From: Lama guanicoe
Taxonomy: Eukaryota
Direction: 5' to 3'
Assembly: GCA_013239625.1 (NCBI GenBank)
Contig: MU054323.1
Location: forward strand, 18,370,819-18,434,818
DNA length: 64,000 nucleotides
Below, piece after piece: positions 36,191 through 47,560 of this stretch. Position 1 is the stretch's first letter. Each line of letters opens with the position of its first letter. The translations under genes and the position numbers were made by a program. A model generated the notes under the pieces. The model was not told the DNA's origin and ran no database searches. It saw only the letters and a list, made by a program, of their open reading frames with translations.

Positions 36191-38049
36191 CGCCCAAGAT
36201 TACAAGCTACTCCGGTCTAGGAGTCAAACTCAAGTCTTACGATATTAAGGCCAATGCTGACTGTACTACTTTACAGATATCCTCACTGCTTTTTAGAAAT
36301 AAAACCCCCAGTGGATGCAACTTCTTCAGGAGAAAATTGTCTTTCCTGTTGCTCTTACCCTTGGCTTGGAAAAAAATGAATTTTTTTTTCCTTCAGAAAT
36401 GGAAAGAAAATCCTCTAAGCGAAGGTCAATGGAAGGTAACTAAAAAGTTGGAGAGAGGTGAGCAGATAATAAAACTAGTTGAAAAGATCCATTAGTTTTG
36501 TAGAACTCTTTATTTCCCTTCGGTTCATGACCTGAGGATTACATGGGATGAAGGGAGGCCCTTATCAAAAGCCTGCAACTTGGCTGCTACAAAATCAATT
36601 TTTAAATGATTTATGTGATGTTCTTCAGGACCAAAGGCAGTAATTCATTTCCCGTGTGGCACTCACGCTGCTGCTGAGATGTTGAAAAATGATTAATTTT
36701 TATTTACAGCATGCCTCCCCTCATACATTACTGGAATCAAGATTTGAGGGCATGACATTTCTCTAGCATGAGATTATTTACTGAGGGAAGTCCCAGGCAA
36801 AGAGGAAAAAAAAAAATCTACTAAACACCCAAAGCCTCAACCCGCATTGAAATAACCATTTGGAAAAGTTTTTAAGGCCAAATCTTCCCAACTATTCGGT
36901 TTAACCCATTTAACATAAACAGGCCAAATTAACTTCCTAAGAGGAGTCATTCTTATAGCAAATCATACCACCAGATTAACTTCAACAATGAGAGGCTAAA
37001 GAATTTAGATTTCCTGTGGTTTTTGTTCTTCCAGAAGACTGAATTCAAAAAGTTTCTAGAATTTGGTGCTTGTAGCTTATTTTGACTTCATTTGAAACAA
37101 GTGTGCATTAAAAACAAACAACTGCTATAAGGATGTCCCTTCTGGGCCACCATACACAGGTATTTCTTTCTTTTAAAACTGCAGAAGATCTATAGTCCCA
37201 GATCTTCAGCTTGACAGCCTGAGCCCAATATGTCTATTACTATCTTGAGGACCAAAGGACAAGGTTCACACTTTTTTCATCAACCATATCAGCCTGAAAC
37301 TCCTAGCCCAAGGCTCATAATAATCTGATAATGAGGGGTTACTTAGTATCTCCTTGGCATCTTGTGATGTTTAGACCTTGAATAGTATGGCGGGTGATGA
37401 GGAACAACTCTGAGACCATGGGAAGGAAGCCTGCCCATTGCTTCTAGATGCTAGAAAGTCCAAAGACTATCGAGAATGGTGCCAGCCATTTTATCTTCTA
37501 CCGTTTTCTGGGACAAAACTCCCCAAAGGAACACAGGAGAAGTCAGCTTGGGTCCATTACTAGCTCCATACTGGAGCCCATTCACAGATCTGTGTACAGT
37601 TTGTACCACATCCTTCTCCTCAGATCATTGCACATGCTCCCCTCATTGGGCTAACGATGCTGGTTAAGCTGCAGGTTGATGACTATCAGTCACTGTTTCC
37701 TGCATCATTAAGCATGGCCACCTCACTCAAGTGGGCTGTGAATGAAATTAGTACTCTGCTTGTATCCCCATCCACTTGGACGGTTTAAAGGACATGCTAG
37801 CTCATCAGTAATGGCTTCAGCTGGTATGACTAGGAATAAAACAGCCTCGCAATGCAGCTTATTTGTTAAGCCCTTGAGAAGTACAAGGTGTCCAACCAAA
37901 GGGCAGAGGCTGAGGGCTTTCCTCTCTGTTTTATAGTTTGGTTTGTGTCTAAGGTTCATCACTTATGAGCAAACTTTGGGAAGCCCAGTTCATTAATTTT
38001 GATGGGGGAAAAAAGGGGGGGTCAAATTGTTTAAAATAAAAGGAAAAGA

Positions 38050-38146
38050 GGGGAGGGTGATAGTTCAGTGGTAGAGTGCATGCTTAGCACTCTGTCCCCA
38101 GTACCTCCATTAAAAAAAAAAACAACAAATAGAGTGATTAAAAAAA
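38050..38146 (+). mobile_element. tRNA-derived SINE (Vic-1-like) with internal deletion of the B-box
   Basis: ggggagggtgatagttcagtggtagagtgcatgcttagca-ctctgt-ccccagtacctccattaaaaaaaaa; flanking aaaagag on both sides. Confidence 0.88.
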
Positions 38147-38614
38147 GAGAGAATTCTTCTACCACCTTCAAATATAGAAACACTTTCATTCATTAACTGG
38201 GGTATAAAGCAAGAAAACACAAGAGCATGGGCTTTGCTGATGTATTAACAGGATCTTGGAGCCTTCCCTTGATGGAGAAAGATTATATCTGCTTGAGTCA
38301 CTTAGATGAGTCTTTTGTCTCCAGATAACTTCAGCCATAGCCCTTATCATTTGTAAGTGACAGAAGTAAGGGATGGAGACAGGAAAAAGATGTGGACTGC
38401 TATCCTAGAAACGTAGTAACATTTACTTAGTAACTGGGCTTGTAACACGGACAAATGATCATTTTTTTTCATTAACATTTTCCTGTTACACCAGTATCCT
38501 GTGTACAATGCTTTTCTTTTTCTTGTGTCCTATGGTTGCCTCAAAGGAACACCAGTCCAGAGAAAGACACTAAGTTTTCCACACACAGTATTATAATTGC
38601 CTGCTTGGATGCTC

Positions 38615-38730
38615 TCAGTTGTAAGTGCTGTGAAAGCAGGAAACATGGACCTGCCTGTCCATTCCAGCAGCCACTGCAGTCCCTGGTGCGCAGAAGGGAT
38701 TCAGAAACTATTTATTGAATTAATGAATCA
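38615..38730 (+). mobile_element. L2 3' fragment, followed by an antisense MIR
   Basis: gttgtaagtgctgtgaaagcaggaaacatg...cagtccctggtgcgcagaagggattcagaaactatttattgaattaatgaat. Confidence 0.65.
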
Positions 38731-39264
38731 GAAATAAAAGAAAGACTGTCATTTATTAAGCACCTACTAAGGGGCAGAGGGTGCTAGGAATTTTATTAAT
38801 CATGTTTTGAATTCTCGTAACAACTCTAAACGTAGATATCACTTTCCTCACATTACTGGAGAAGAAGGAGCACCTGTGAGTTTCAGGTGGGCTTCCAGCG
38901 CACGGTGGACTATTCTGGAGCATTTCCCTCCTCTGTGACAATCAGGGCCCTTCCCAGATCTCTTCCTGCCTGTCTCCTGGGTCTGGTCAGCAGGAAGGCA
39001 GGAGGCAGACTCATGAGTAGCAGCTCCCTTTCCAGTTGAGCACCTTTCTCTTGGTCGGTGGAATGGGAGGGAGAAGGGAAACAAAATGACTGAATTGTGG
39101 GGGGTTTTCTTCCCAATATTTTATCACACTTAATGCTGAAAAGGAGCTCATCATGCTGACACCTGCAGTCTTATAATCAAATGAGTCATCAAAAGTTAGG
39201 AGAGATTGAAACAACTTTCCCCAAACTCCTGTCCCTAGGGCGTGGGCTATGGGTGCGAGAGATG

Positions 39265-39390
39265 GAGCTTCCGGGGCCCTGTCCCAGATGCACTAAGGCA
39301 GAATTCCTGAAAAACAGACCTAGGAATCTCCATTTTTAGCAACTCAATAAATAGTTCTCAACATAAACTAAAGTCTGAGGAGTGCTGTAC
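39265..39390. mobile_element. MER5-like hAT fragment
   Basis: ccggggccctgtcccaga...cagaattcctg...cctaggaatctccatttttagcaactc...ctaaagtctgaggagtgctg. Confidence 0.6.
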
Positions 39391-40282
39391 TATGTCCAGC
39401 TGCCTCGAAATGCACATTCTTGGGGCAAGAAATGTTTCATGCACTTGCACAATACTAGGAGCCAGATGGTCTATAAACAGAAGAACTGTCCCTTTAGCAA
39501 GCATTAGGGATGCATTTGCAGCCCAGAATATGGGGAATGCCTTGGTACCCCCCATTAAGGTTAATGGCAATCATGAGGATAATTCACTATATTCCATGCT
39601 GAAAAGTGTTCCCTTTAGAATCAGGAGAGGCTAAATTTAATCAAACCATCTGGATTCCTATGCACACATATAAGGGCAGAAAATAGGTCACAGTTGGTAA
39701 GCTGCTTTCTGGAAACTATTCCATTGTATCAGCAAACTCCAAAGTCCTGAAAGGGCTCCTACTCCCCTGCCTCCCTCAGTGAGCGAGAGCCCCAGAGCTA
39801 AGAGAGGTCAGAGAGAGTCCACACTCTAAGGGAAAAGAGTTCCAATGGCAAGAAAATGCATAAAGCCAATTATCCCCCAAGGTAAAGTAGGGAACAAACT
39901 TGTTAAAAGCTTTTAAGCTCCCCAAATGATGTATTTCTAACTCAAAAATAACCTCACTTGCTGTTTAGAGAGCAGCGTGAAATTAAGAAACATAATTTGG
40001 AGAGTGTAACAATTCCACATACGAACTCAGGACGTCCACGAGGTTTACAGACACTCCAGTTCCTACAAAAACCATGAGGATAATGGGTCTATGAGACCCA
40101 AGAGAGTCAAGGAGCCTGACATAAAAAAGAGCAGTGGCTCAACCCTTCTCTTACTATTTCTATTACAGGAAAGAGTCTATAGAACGGCATAAAGAATTTT
40201 AAAGCAAGAAGATATGAGCACAGTCTCAGAGCAGAAAGCTATTAATTACAAAGGAGCGTGAGAGCCCGTGGGTCCTGGGCTC

Positions 40283-40734
40283 TTAGACTTCTGTAGATTG
40301 CAAGTCCTAGACTGGTCTCTCCCCAAAGTCATGGTGTCAGCAGGGCTGTGATCCTTTCTGAAGGCTCTAGGGGAGAATCTGTTCTGTTGTCTTTTCCACC
40401 TTCTAGAGTCCACCCACATTCCTTGGCTCACAGCCCGTTCCTCCATCTTCAAAGCCAGCAATGTTGCCATCTCTCTGACCATTTGTCCACAGTCACATCT
40501 GCCTCTGACTCCAGACAGCAAAGGTTCTCTATTTTTAAGGACCCACATAATTAGACAGGACCCACTGGGAAATCTAGGATTATATTTTCCCATCTTTAGG
40601 TCCTTAGCTTAATCGCATCTTCTAAATCTCCTTTGCTAAGTCAGGTAACATATTCAGAGGTTCTGGGCATTGGGACAGGGACATCTGTGTGTGTGTGTGT
40701 GTGTGTGTTGGGGGACATTATTCTGCCTATCACA
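40283..40734 (-). mobile_element. MaLR LTR (MLT1C/D-like)
   Basis: ggtgtcagcagggctgtgatcctttctgaaggctctaggggagaatctgtt...ttcctccatcttcaaagccagc...aggtaacatattcagaggttctggg...cattattctgcctatcaca; internal (TG)n. Confidence 0.88.
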
Positions 40735-40879
40735 CAGGGTAAGAGGTGGGGAGGACGGAGGTCCCCAGAGGTTCAGAGGAGACTAGGTAAGAAGCTAGGA
40801 GGAGGCTATCTTTGTGGGCTATCCTTCCAGGAAACTTTAAGTAGTTCAGGCTGGTTTTCTGCAGATCCCTTTGTTTATC

Positions 40880-41600
40880 ACCTTCACTGCTACCACCATC
40901 ATTTTGGCCTATCCCCTCTCACCGAGATTATCCACTCATCCTTCCTCACTGGTCCCCTAGGGCCCTATATCCAAATCTGCCCAGCCCCGGGCTAATTCTC
41001 CACATGGAAGGCAGAGTAATTTTTAAAAGCACAGAACACAGTCATATTACGTCATTCTCATGTTCCAAACCCCGTAATGCCCTTCTCTTACACTTAGAGC
41101 CAGCCTCCCAAGTCCCTCACCATGGCCAGCTGAGCCCTACCTGGCTGGGCCCACATCTCCTCTCCGATCTCCTTCCCCTCCTCTCCCCAGGTCACTGGGC
41201 TCCTGCAACACCTCCTCTCTGCTTCCCCAAGCTCCCCAGGCCAGCTCTCTCTTTGGCCTTGGTCATGCATGCCCTTTGCCTGGAAAGCTGACTCCACTTC
41301 TTTCCATGGTTTTTCCTTCCCCTCTTTCCAGATCCAGTGAAATGTCACTTCCTCAGAGAATTTCTCTGAGCATCTTCACTAAAACCCAACCCCGTCCTTC
41401 ACTCTGTACCCTCCTAACTGGCGTACAGATTTATTTGTCAAGTCACTTCACTACCCAGCCTTGCATTTGTTTGCTGCTTTTCCTTGTTGGTTATTTTCTC
41501 TGCCACTAGACTGGGGAGGATGCCTGAGGGCAGGGGATTCCCAGCGACCAAGAACAGGGCCTCACACATCAGAGGCCCTGAAGCATTTGTTGAAAGAACG
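40880..41600 (+). mobile_element. L2 3' region
   Basis: tctccacatggaaggcagagtaatttttaaaagc...aatgtcacttcctcagagaatttctctga...ccactagactgg...cctgagggcaggg...catttgttgaaagaa. Confidence 0.8.
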
Positions 41601-41700
41601 AATTCAACATGTATTTGCTGAGCATCATGTATTTACAAGACACTGTGACAGAGCAGCGAAAAAACAGCCATGGTCCACTCTTTCCCCTCGAGGGTCCCAC
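41601..41700 (-). mobile_element. L2 3' terminus, tail-to-tail with the preceding L2
   Basis: attcaacatgtatttgctgagcatcatgtatttacaagacactgtg. Confidence 0.6.
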
Positions 41701-42011
41701 TGATTGATTGGTTTTCTGATTCTGAGTCAACTTTTGCTGATGCTCAAAGTTTACCTTTTAATTCCCATTTCCTTCTCCTGGCTCTGCCCTGTTCTCATTT
41801 AATCAGCACATACACAGTGAGCACCTATCCTAGATCGTAATAGGGATCTGTCCCTGAAATGAGAACTTCATCACTCTGGGAGGTTTCTTTGCTGGTGGCC
41901 ATGATGAGAAGCAGAGGAGGGGCAGAAAGGTTCTACCCATATTCCCACCTCTAATCCTGCACACCCCCCTTTTTTTTCATATGAATTAATTTGCAAAGAT
42001 GAAAGCACCTT

Positions 42012-42169
42012 TTAAACATTATTTATTTATTTATTTTGGTGGGGGGGGATTAGGTTTTTTATTTATTTATCTAGTTATTTATTTAAACGGAGGTACTGGG
42101 GACTGAGTCAGGACCTTATGCGTGCTAAGCACACACTGTACCGCTGAGCTACACCCTTCCCCCTGGTAC
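42012..42169 (-). mobile_element. tRNA-derived SINE (Vic-1-like)
   Basis: Reverse strand gggggaagggtgtagctcagcggtacagtgtgtgcttagcacgcataaggtcctgactcagtccccagtacctcc plus A-rich tail; TSD agatgaaagca(c/t)ctt at 41997-42011 and 42170-42184. Confidence 0.92.
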
Positions 42170-44384
42170 AGATGAAAGCATCTTAACATAATAACAGAAG
42201 CTCCCTAGAAAATCAAAGGATTTTGGTAACACAGGAGTGAGGAGCCACGGTCCCAGCACCGACAATGGAGACACTGCACAGTAAGGACTGGCTGGGTGAG
42301 GTCACCGCGCCTCGGCCCACCCTGCCACGTGCGTCTATAGGTCACACTAGCTTAACCACTGGCCCAGTCAGAATACGCATGCACTCCTAATTCCTAGCCT
42401 AGGTGCCAGTGCGCCAGGCATTGCCATCTTAACATTTCCCACTTTTCGTCGCCATTGTGCTTGCTGTTCGATGTTTTACTTAGAGAACATATGCTAAATA
42501 AATGTTTCTAAATTAGCCTGAGCTAATTTCACCCTTGAGCTCACTCTGTGACCACAGTCTATGGCAAATCAGATAGAGCACTGACACACGCCCTGCATGT
42601 ACTACAAGATGTGTTATGCAGAGTTACTTTGGGCTCTCCGTGGGAAGATGCACACACCCCAAATATTCTGAGTAATTAAGAAGTATAAGGAGAGACTTCC
42701 TGAGAACAGATAAGCCAAGAAGAAGCTCCCTAGGGTGCACAAATTCTAGTCCTGCTCACTGATTTGTGGGGGGAATATCTTGAAGTCAGAATCTTTAAGT
42801 ATATGCCATATGGAAAGCCCCGAAGGATCCAAAATTAGATGTTATTTATTAGCTCTAATAAGGGCCAATAAGAGGCAGGCATAACTCTCTACTCTGAAAG
42901 TGTGGCTCAGTTATCAGTAATTAACTAAATAAGGTTGTTAAATGACACCCCAGAATTTCTAGGTCAGCCTGAGCTTTTCATCTCTCTGGTTTAGCGCCTC
43001 AGGATGGGGTGAAACTCCTGATAAGTGACTCACTAAAGGGCACTTACTGAGCAAAGAGGAGGAGGAAGAAATGGTTCATACGCCATGTTCTCTTCATTTT
43101 AGCTCAGTTGGGCTGTCAGTCACCTGTCTTGGCCAGAGCATGGAGAGGTGGTCTCACTTCTCTGGGTGGGAGGGGGAGTGCTCTGAGTCCCAGGGTGCTG
43201 GGTGTCCTACGCAGGCAAGGGCCTATGCTCCTCCCTGACAGCCCTGCCCTTCAGTCTCTCCAGCCCCTTATAAAGAAGGCACCACACCCCTGCTTTTGGA
43301 TCATTTAGTCACAGTGGCTCATTTCCTTCATTGACTGGTCGGGGGTCAGAGGACCACAGGGAGATGTGAAGCAGTCCTTCCGAATGGAATACACTGGACG
43401 CTGCCCCTTCCCCCACTGTTTGACTCCCGCGATGATATTCACATGGTTGTCTTCAACTGAGTGAACTTAAGGCATTGCATCTTACCATGCGGTTAGCCCC
43501 ACTTCTGTACCAATTTATTCACATCTGCTCATTGTATAAATAAATACATCATTTCTAGGATTAATAATAAACTAGCAAGAGCAAAGCCTGGCTGCCCAGC
43601 CCAAAACCAAAGGGCAATGGAAATTGTGCCTCAAGACTTTCCAAACTACAGTCAGGTCAAAGCCATGGAGGCAGGTGGTCCTGAAAATGAGACTGTCAGA
43701 GAGACTGTTCAACTCTATGTGGAGGGATGGGAACAAGAGATGTGAAGGTCTCTTGAGCATTTGACAAATGCTCCCGAAGAGAAGCTTCATGGGAGATTCG
43801 GCAATGATTCCATACATATCAACAGGCTTCAATTTGTGCTGCAGGAAATCCAGGTAAGGAAATTCTTGCTATTTTCATTGGAAAACTAGTGTCATTGCTG
43901 ACAGTAAATCACAACACTATATGGCCACCTAAAAATTATAAATGGCTAGAAGTTATATATCCCCATAGAAAAGAACAAATGCTTATGAAACAGAAATAAG
44001 AGATGATTCTACCTAGCATCTGCTGGTTACAGATGGAGACTGGCTCTCAGAAGGCCCCCCGTAAAGGGACAAGGGTTGAAGCTGTATTGTACGTCACCCA
44101 CTTGTTCTTTCCCTTATATTAACTTGCGGCTAAATAGAGATAGGAAATTATAATGGCCCACGTGCCTGTTTTCCACAAGCGGTAAGTAGATCATAAATAT
44201 ATGAATTCACTCCTTTCTCTACTGAGAAAGTGCACCAAAGTTGAAGCATTTGGATTTGCTATAAGATTTTAAGATCAGTCAAATTAATAGCAAAATATTA
44301 GACGAATGGTTCAATGTTCCAATTTTCCCTTATTTTAAATGGATGATATAAAATATTCAGGGAGGGGTGTGGTGAAGGACTCTG

Positions 44385-44530
44385 GCAAGTTTGTGCTCGG
44401 TTTTCTCATCTTTAAAAGAGGGATAGTAATAGCTACCTCCTAAGACTGTCATAAAAATTACATGAAATAATCGCCACAAAGTATTTAGCACAGTGTCTGA
44501 AATACTGTAAACACTCAACAGAATGCAATA
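44385..44530 (+). mobile_element. MIR
   Basis: tgctcggttttctcatctttaaaagagggatagtaatagctacctcctaagactgtcataaaaattacatgaaataat...tttagcacagtgtctg. Confidence 0.78.
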
Positions 44531-44609
44531 AAATCAACAATACTTATTATTTGATTGTGCAGATAAATTTAAAAAATAAGAACAAGAATAAGAATGACAA
44601 GAAATAGGT

Positions 44610-44653
44610 ACACAGTTGTTTGCTTGTGCTGGGCACTGTCCTAAATACATATC

Positions 44654-44703
<50 letters not shown>

Positions 44704-44840
44704 ATGTTTAATTCTAATACCAACGCTATCAGGTAGCTATGTCATTATCCCCATTGTACAGACAGGGAAACCAAGGTGCCGAAAGGCAAAGTAACTTAAC
44801 AGTCTACATGATGGAGCTAGGATTTACCGGGCAATCTGCA
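44610..44840 (-). mobile_element. MIR containing a (TA)n microsatellite
   Basis: tgtgctgggcactgtcctaaatac...attatccccattgtacagacagggaaaccaaggtgccgaaagg. Confidence 0.75.
44657..44700. repeat. (TA)22 microsatellite
   Basis: Seen directly. Confidence 0.97.
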
Positions 44841-47204
44841 GGTATCTCAGCATTTCCTGAGGTGATTTAACTAACTTTTGCTTTTTATAATCTTGTTTAT
44901 GACATCTCTGATTTCGGTCTTTTTAAAATATGCAATGATTATTTTATAGGAGCCATTAACGCTATAATTCATTCACTTGGATCTCTGAAATAAAGGCTTC
45001 ACAAAATAATGATATGAGGAAATTAGTGTTACTTTGTATATTATTCATTCATACATACATACAAAAAAAAAGCATCTAATGCCAAATGTGGGCAAAGCAA
45101 TATACCTCAGTGCTAGAGAATGAGCTCTGGCGATTAAGGGCATTTTGACCTCACTTTCATTTTTTCCTTCCAGGGCACACACTGATGGGATGTCTGGACT
45201 TACGACAAGGAGGCCTTTGATCTCTCTTTCCCTTCTGCATATCTAGCTTATTCTGTAACTAATGCCTGTATAAAAAATTGAATGCCCCATCTGACATCTG
45301 AGCTCTTAAAAACCTTGTACGGTTTAATCGATACTCATTTTTTTTACAGCTTTTCCCTCCATTCTTATATTGTAATGATTTCCTCTACATTTTTGACTTG
45401 TCTTCAAAGCCCAGATGCTTAAATATTGGTTGCTCTGGGCCTTAATGGTTACTCCAGAGCCATGGAATTTTAAATTTGATCTCAGACTTTTAAGACGTGA
45501 CAACTTGATTATTTTACAAGGCCCAAACTCTGAATCGAGTCTGTAATTTTAAGAATCAGAACTCTTTTCCCATTGATGCAGACGTTTTGAAATGTGTGGT
45601 CCACAGCTATTTACGAGCGGTTTACAGCTGTTGTCTTTTTGTGCCCCAAATCACGAGGAGTCCAAGAGCTGAGCCTCCAGGGACTGCTATTAATTTCACT
45701 CCCGTTTTAGACAGCATGTCCTTCAACTAGCAATTTTCTGGCTCCCTTACACTACACTATAGCCACACAGCATCCAGGCATTCACGAGGCACTTGGACAA
45801 CTTAGCAATGATCTATAACACAGGTTTCTAAAAAAGCGACTTTTTCAAATGCTGGTGAAACAGAAAATGACTTTGAATAAAAAAAGCAGAAGCTGAGAAA
45901 AAATTACTTAACTAAGATCAGGGACCGGTAACTTCTTTAGCATAAGAAGAAGAGATTAATAGCATTTCAGTTTCAGGCATTGCGACATTTGAAACTCAGT
46001 GGAACAATTCCTAATGTGAGGAATGAAGCAATGCTCTTTAGGGTAAACTAACCAACTTCTATTGCACATGAACATGATTTGGGAAGTGCTGTGTCTGAGT
46101 CTCTATTTGATGGGGTCTGACACCTCTTTTCCCAAGTGTGCATTGGAAATCCTATTCCAGTCCTTCTTTCAAAGGAAGAAGTCACAATGGTAGCCTAGAA
46201 AATGGATAAACCTAAAGCACACTGGCACACAAAGTAAAATCTATTACCAGGGTGAAAATCGATACCTTCTGTTTCTCAGCTCTAACATCCCTCCAGTGTG
46301 CAGACATCACTAAGAATCTCTAGCTCTTGGTCCTCTGATTGTTTGCACTTGCTATTCAATCTTTGATTGCTTATTCTTCAACCCGCTTACGTTAACATTT
46401 GATTCCTGAGTTTCTGTATCTGTAATACAGAGGTAATAATAATATCATAGGATTGTTTTCAGTGTTAAGCTCCTTCATATTTGTGAAATGTTAGGATTAT
46501 GGCAGGTAAAGAGAAAGCATTATATAAATGTTTGATTTAAAAAAATTGTTCCCTGCCTCTTCCATTCTGAGACAATAAATTCTACTTAATATACATCTGT
46601 ATGGGATAGACCACATGGTATTTAAAATCGTGGGATCCACCTTTTTTTTTTTAAGAATAAAGTATTTCTGAATGCAAGATATGAAAAGCACTGAATGCCA
46701 CACTGAAAAGTAGATAAGGACAATAAAGAGCTGAAAATCACAGCCTTTTAGATATTGGTTACAGCTTTTTAGGATTATCTCTGGCCCATGCAAATTGCAG
46801 AAGCAGACATGAACACTGACAATGTAAACCCGACTAAAATATGACTCTAAACTGTGAACGTCTGCTGGTATAAAAGAATCTAATGATGATAAAACCTGAG
46901 GACATAAACATTAGAAAATAGCAGGTTATCTTCGCTTCCTTAAAAGTCCTGAAATTTAATTTTGCCATTCACAGTCACAGGATCAAACATCTGTTCGAAT
47001 GGAAAAATAACAAAAATCCATTTCTGCAAAGCTCCACAGAGAATTTTTCACATAAGTAGATGGAAATATGTATTCCATTTTTAGATAACTACTCTTTCTT
47101 GCTGTAAAAAAGCCAGCGGTCAAAATCCACAAATATCACATTTGCCCTCAATCACGAAGCTTTGATAAGCCCCAAAGTTGCAACACCGTCAATGCTTAAT
47201 GAAC

Positions 47205-47560
47205 TTGACATTCATCTATTCACTCTCTCCTTTTGAAAACAGAGTGACATCCAGACACTGGGGGATACTGAAATTAAAAAATAAAAAAAAAATTATCCCT
47301 GCCTTCAGGAGTTCACATTTCAGCCAGGAAGTCAAACACCAAACAGTAAAGTGATTATCTCTGTGATGGAGATAAATACAAGAGCAAATTGAGGAGAGAC
47401 AATGAAACAGATCAGCAGGATCAGGGAAGGTTCCTAAGAAGAGGGGACACCAGACCGATGTCTTGGAGTCCCTGAGAGGATAGCCAGGAAAAGGTTCTTC
47501 AGGCAAGAGGAATGATCTGTGCAAAAGCAGACATGGGCAAACAAGCATTTGGAATTTCTC
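47205..47560 (-). mobile_element. L2 3' region
   Basis: cagacactgggggatactgaa...atccctgccttcaggagttcacatt...atcagggaaggttcctaagaagagggga...ttcaggcaagaggaatgatctgtgcaaaagc. Confidence 0.72.

Noticed and set aside
38050..38110. tRNA gene (also 4370-4438 and 42095-42165)
   Set aside because: tRNA-like heads are followed by SINE body, A-rich tails and TSDs, and the B-box is degenerate or deleted
41603..41624. Bona fide miR-95
   Set aside because: Four mismatches including the seed and a poorly pairing 5' arm; the similarity is explained by shared L2 ancestry
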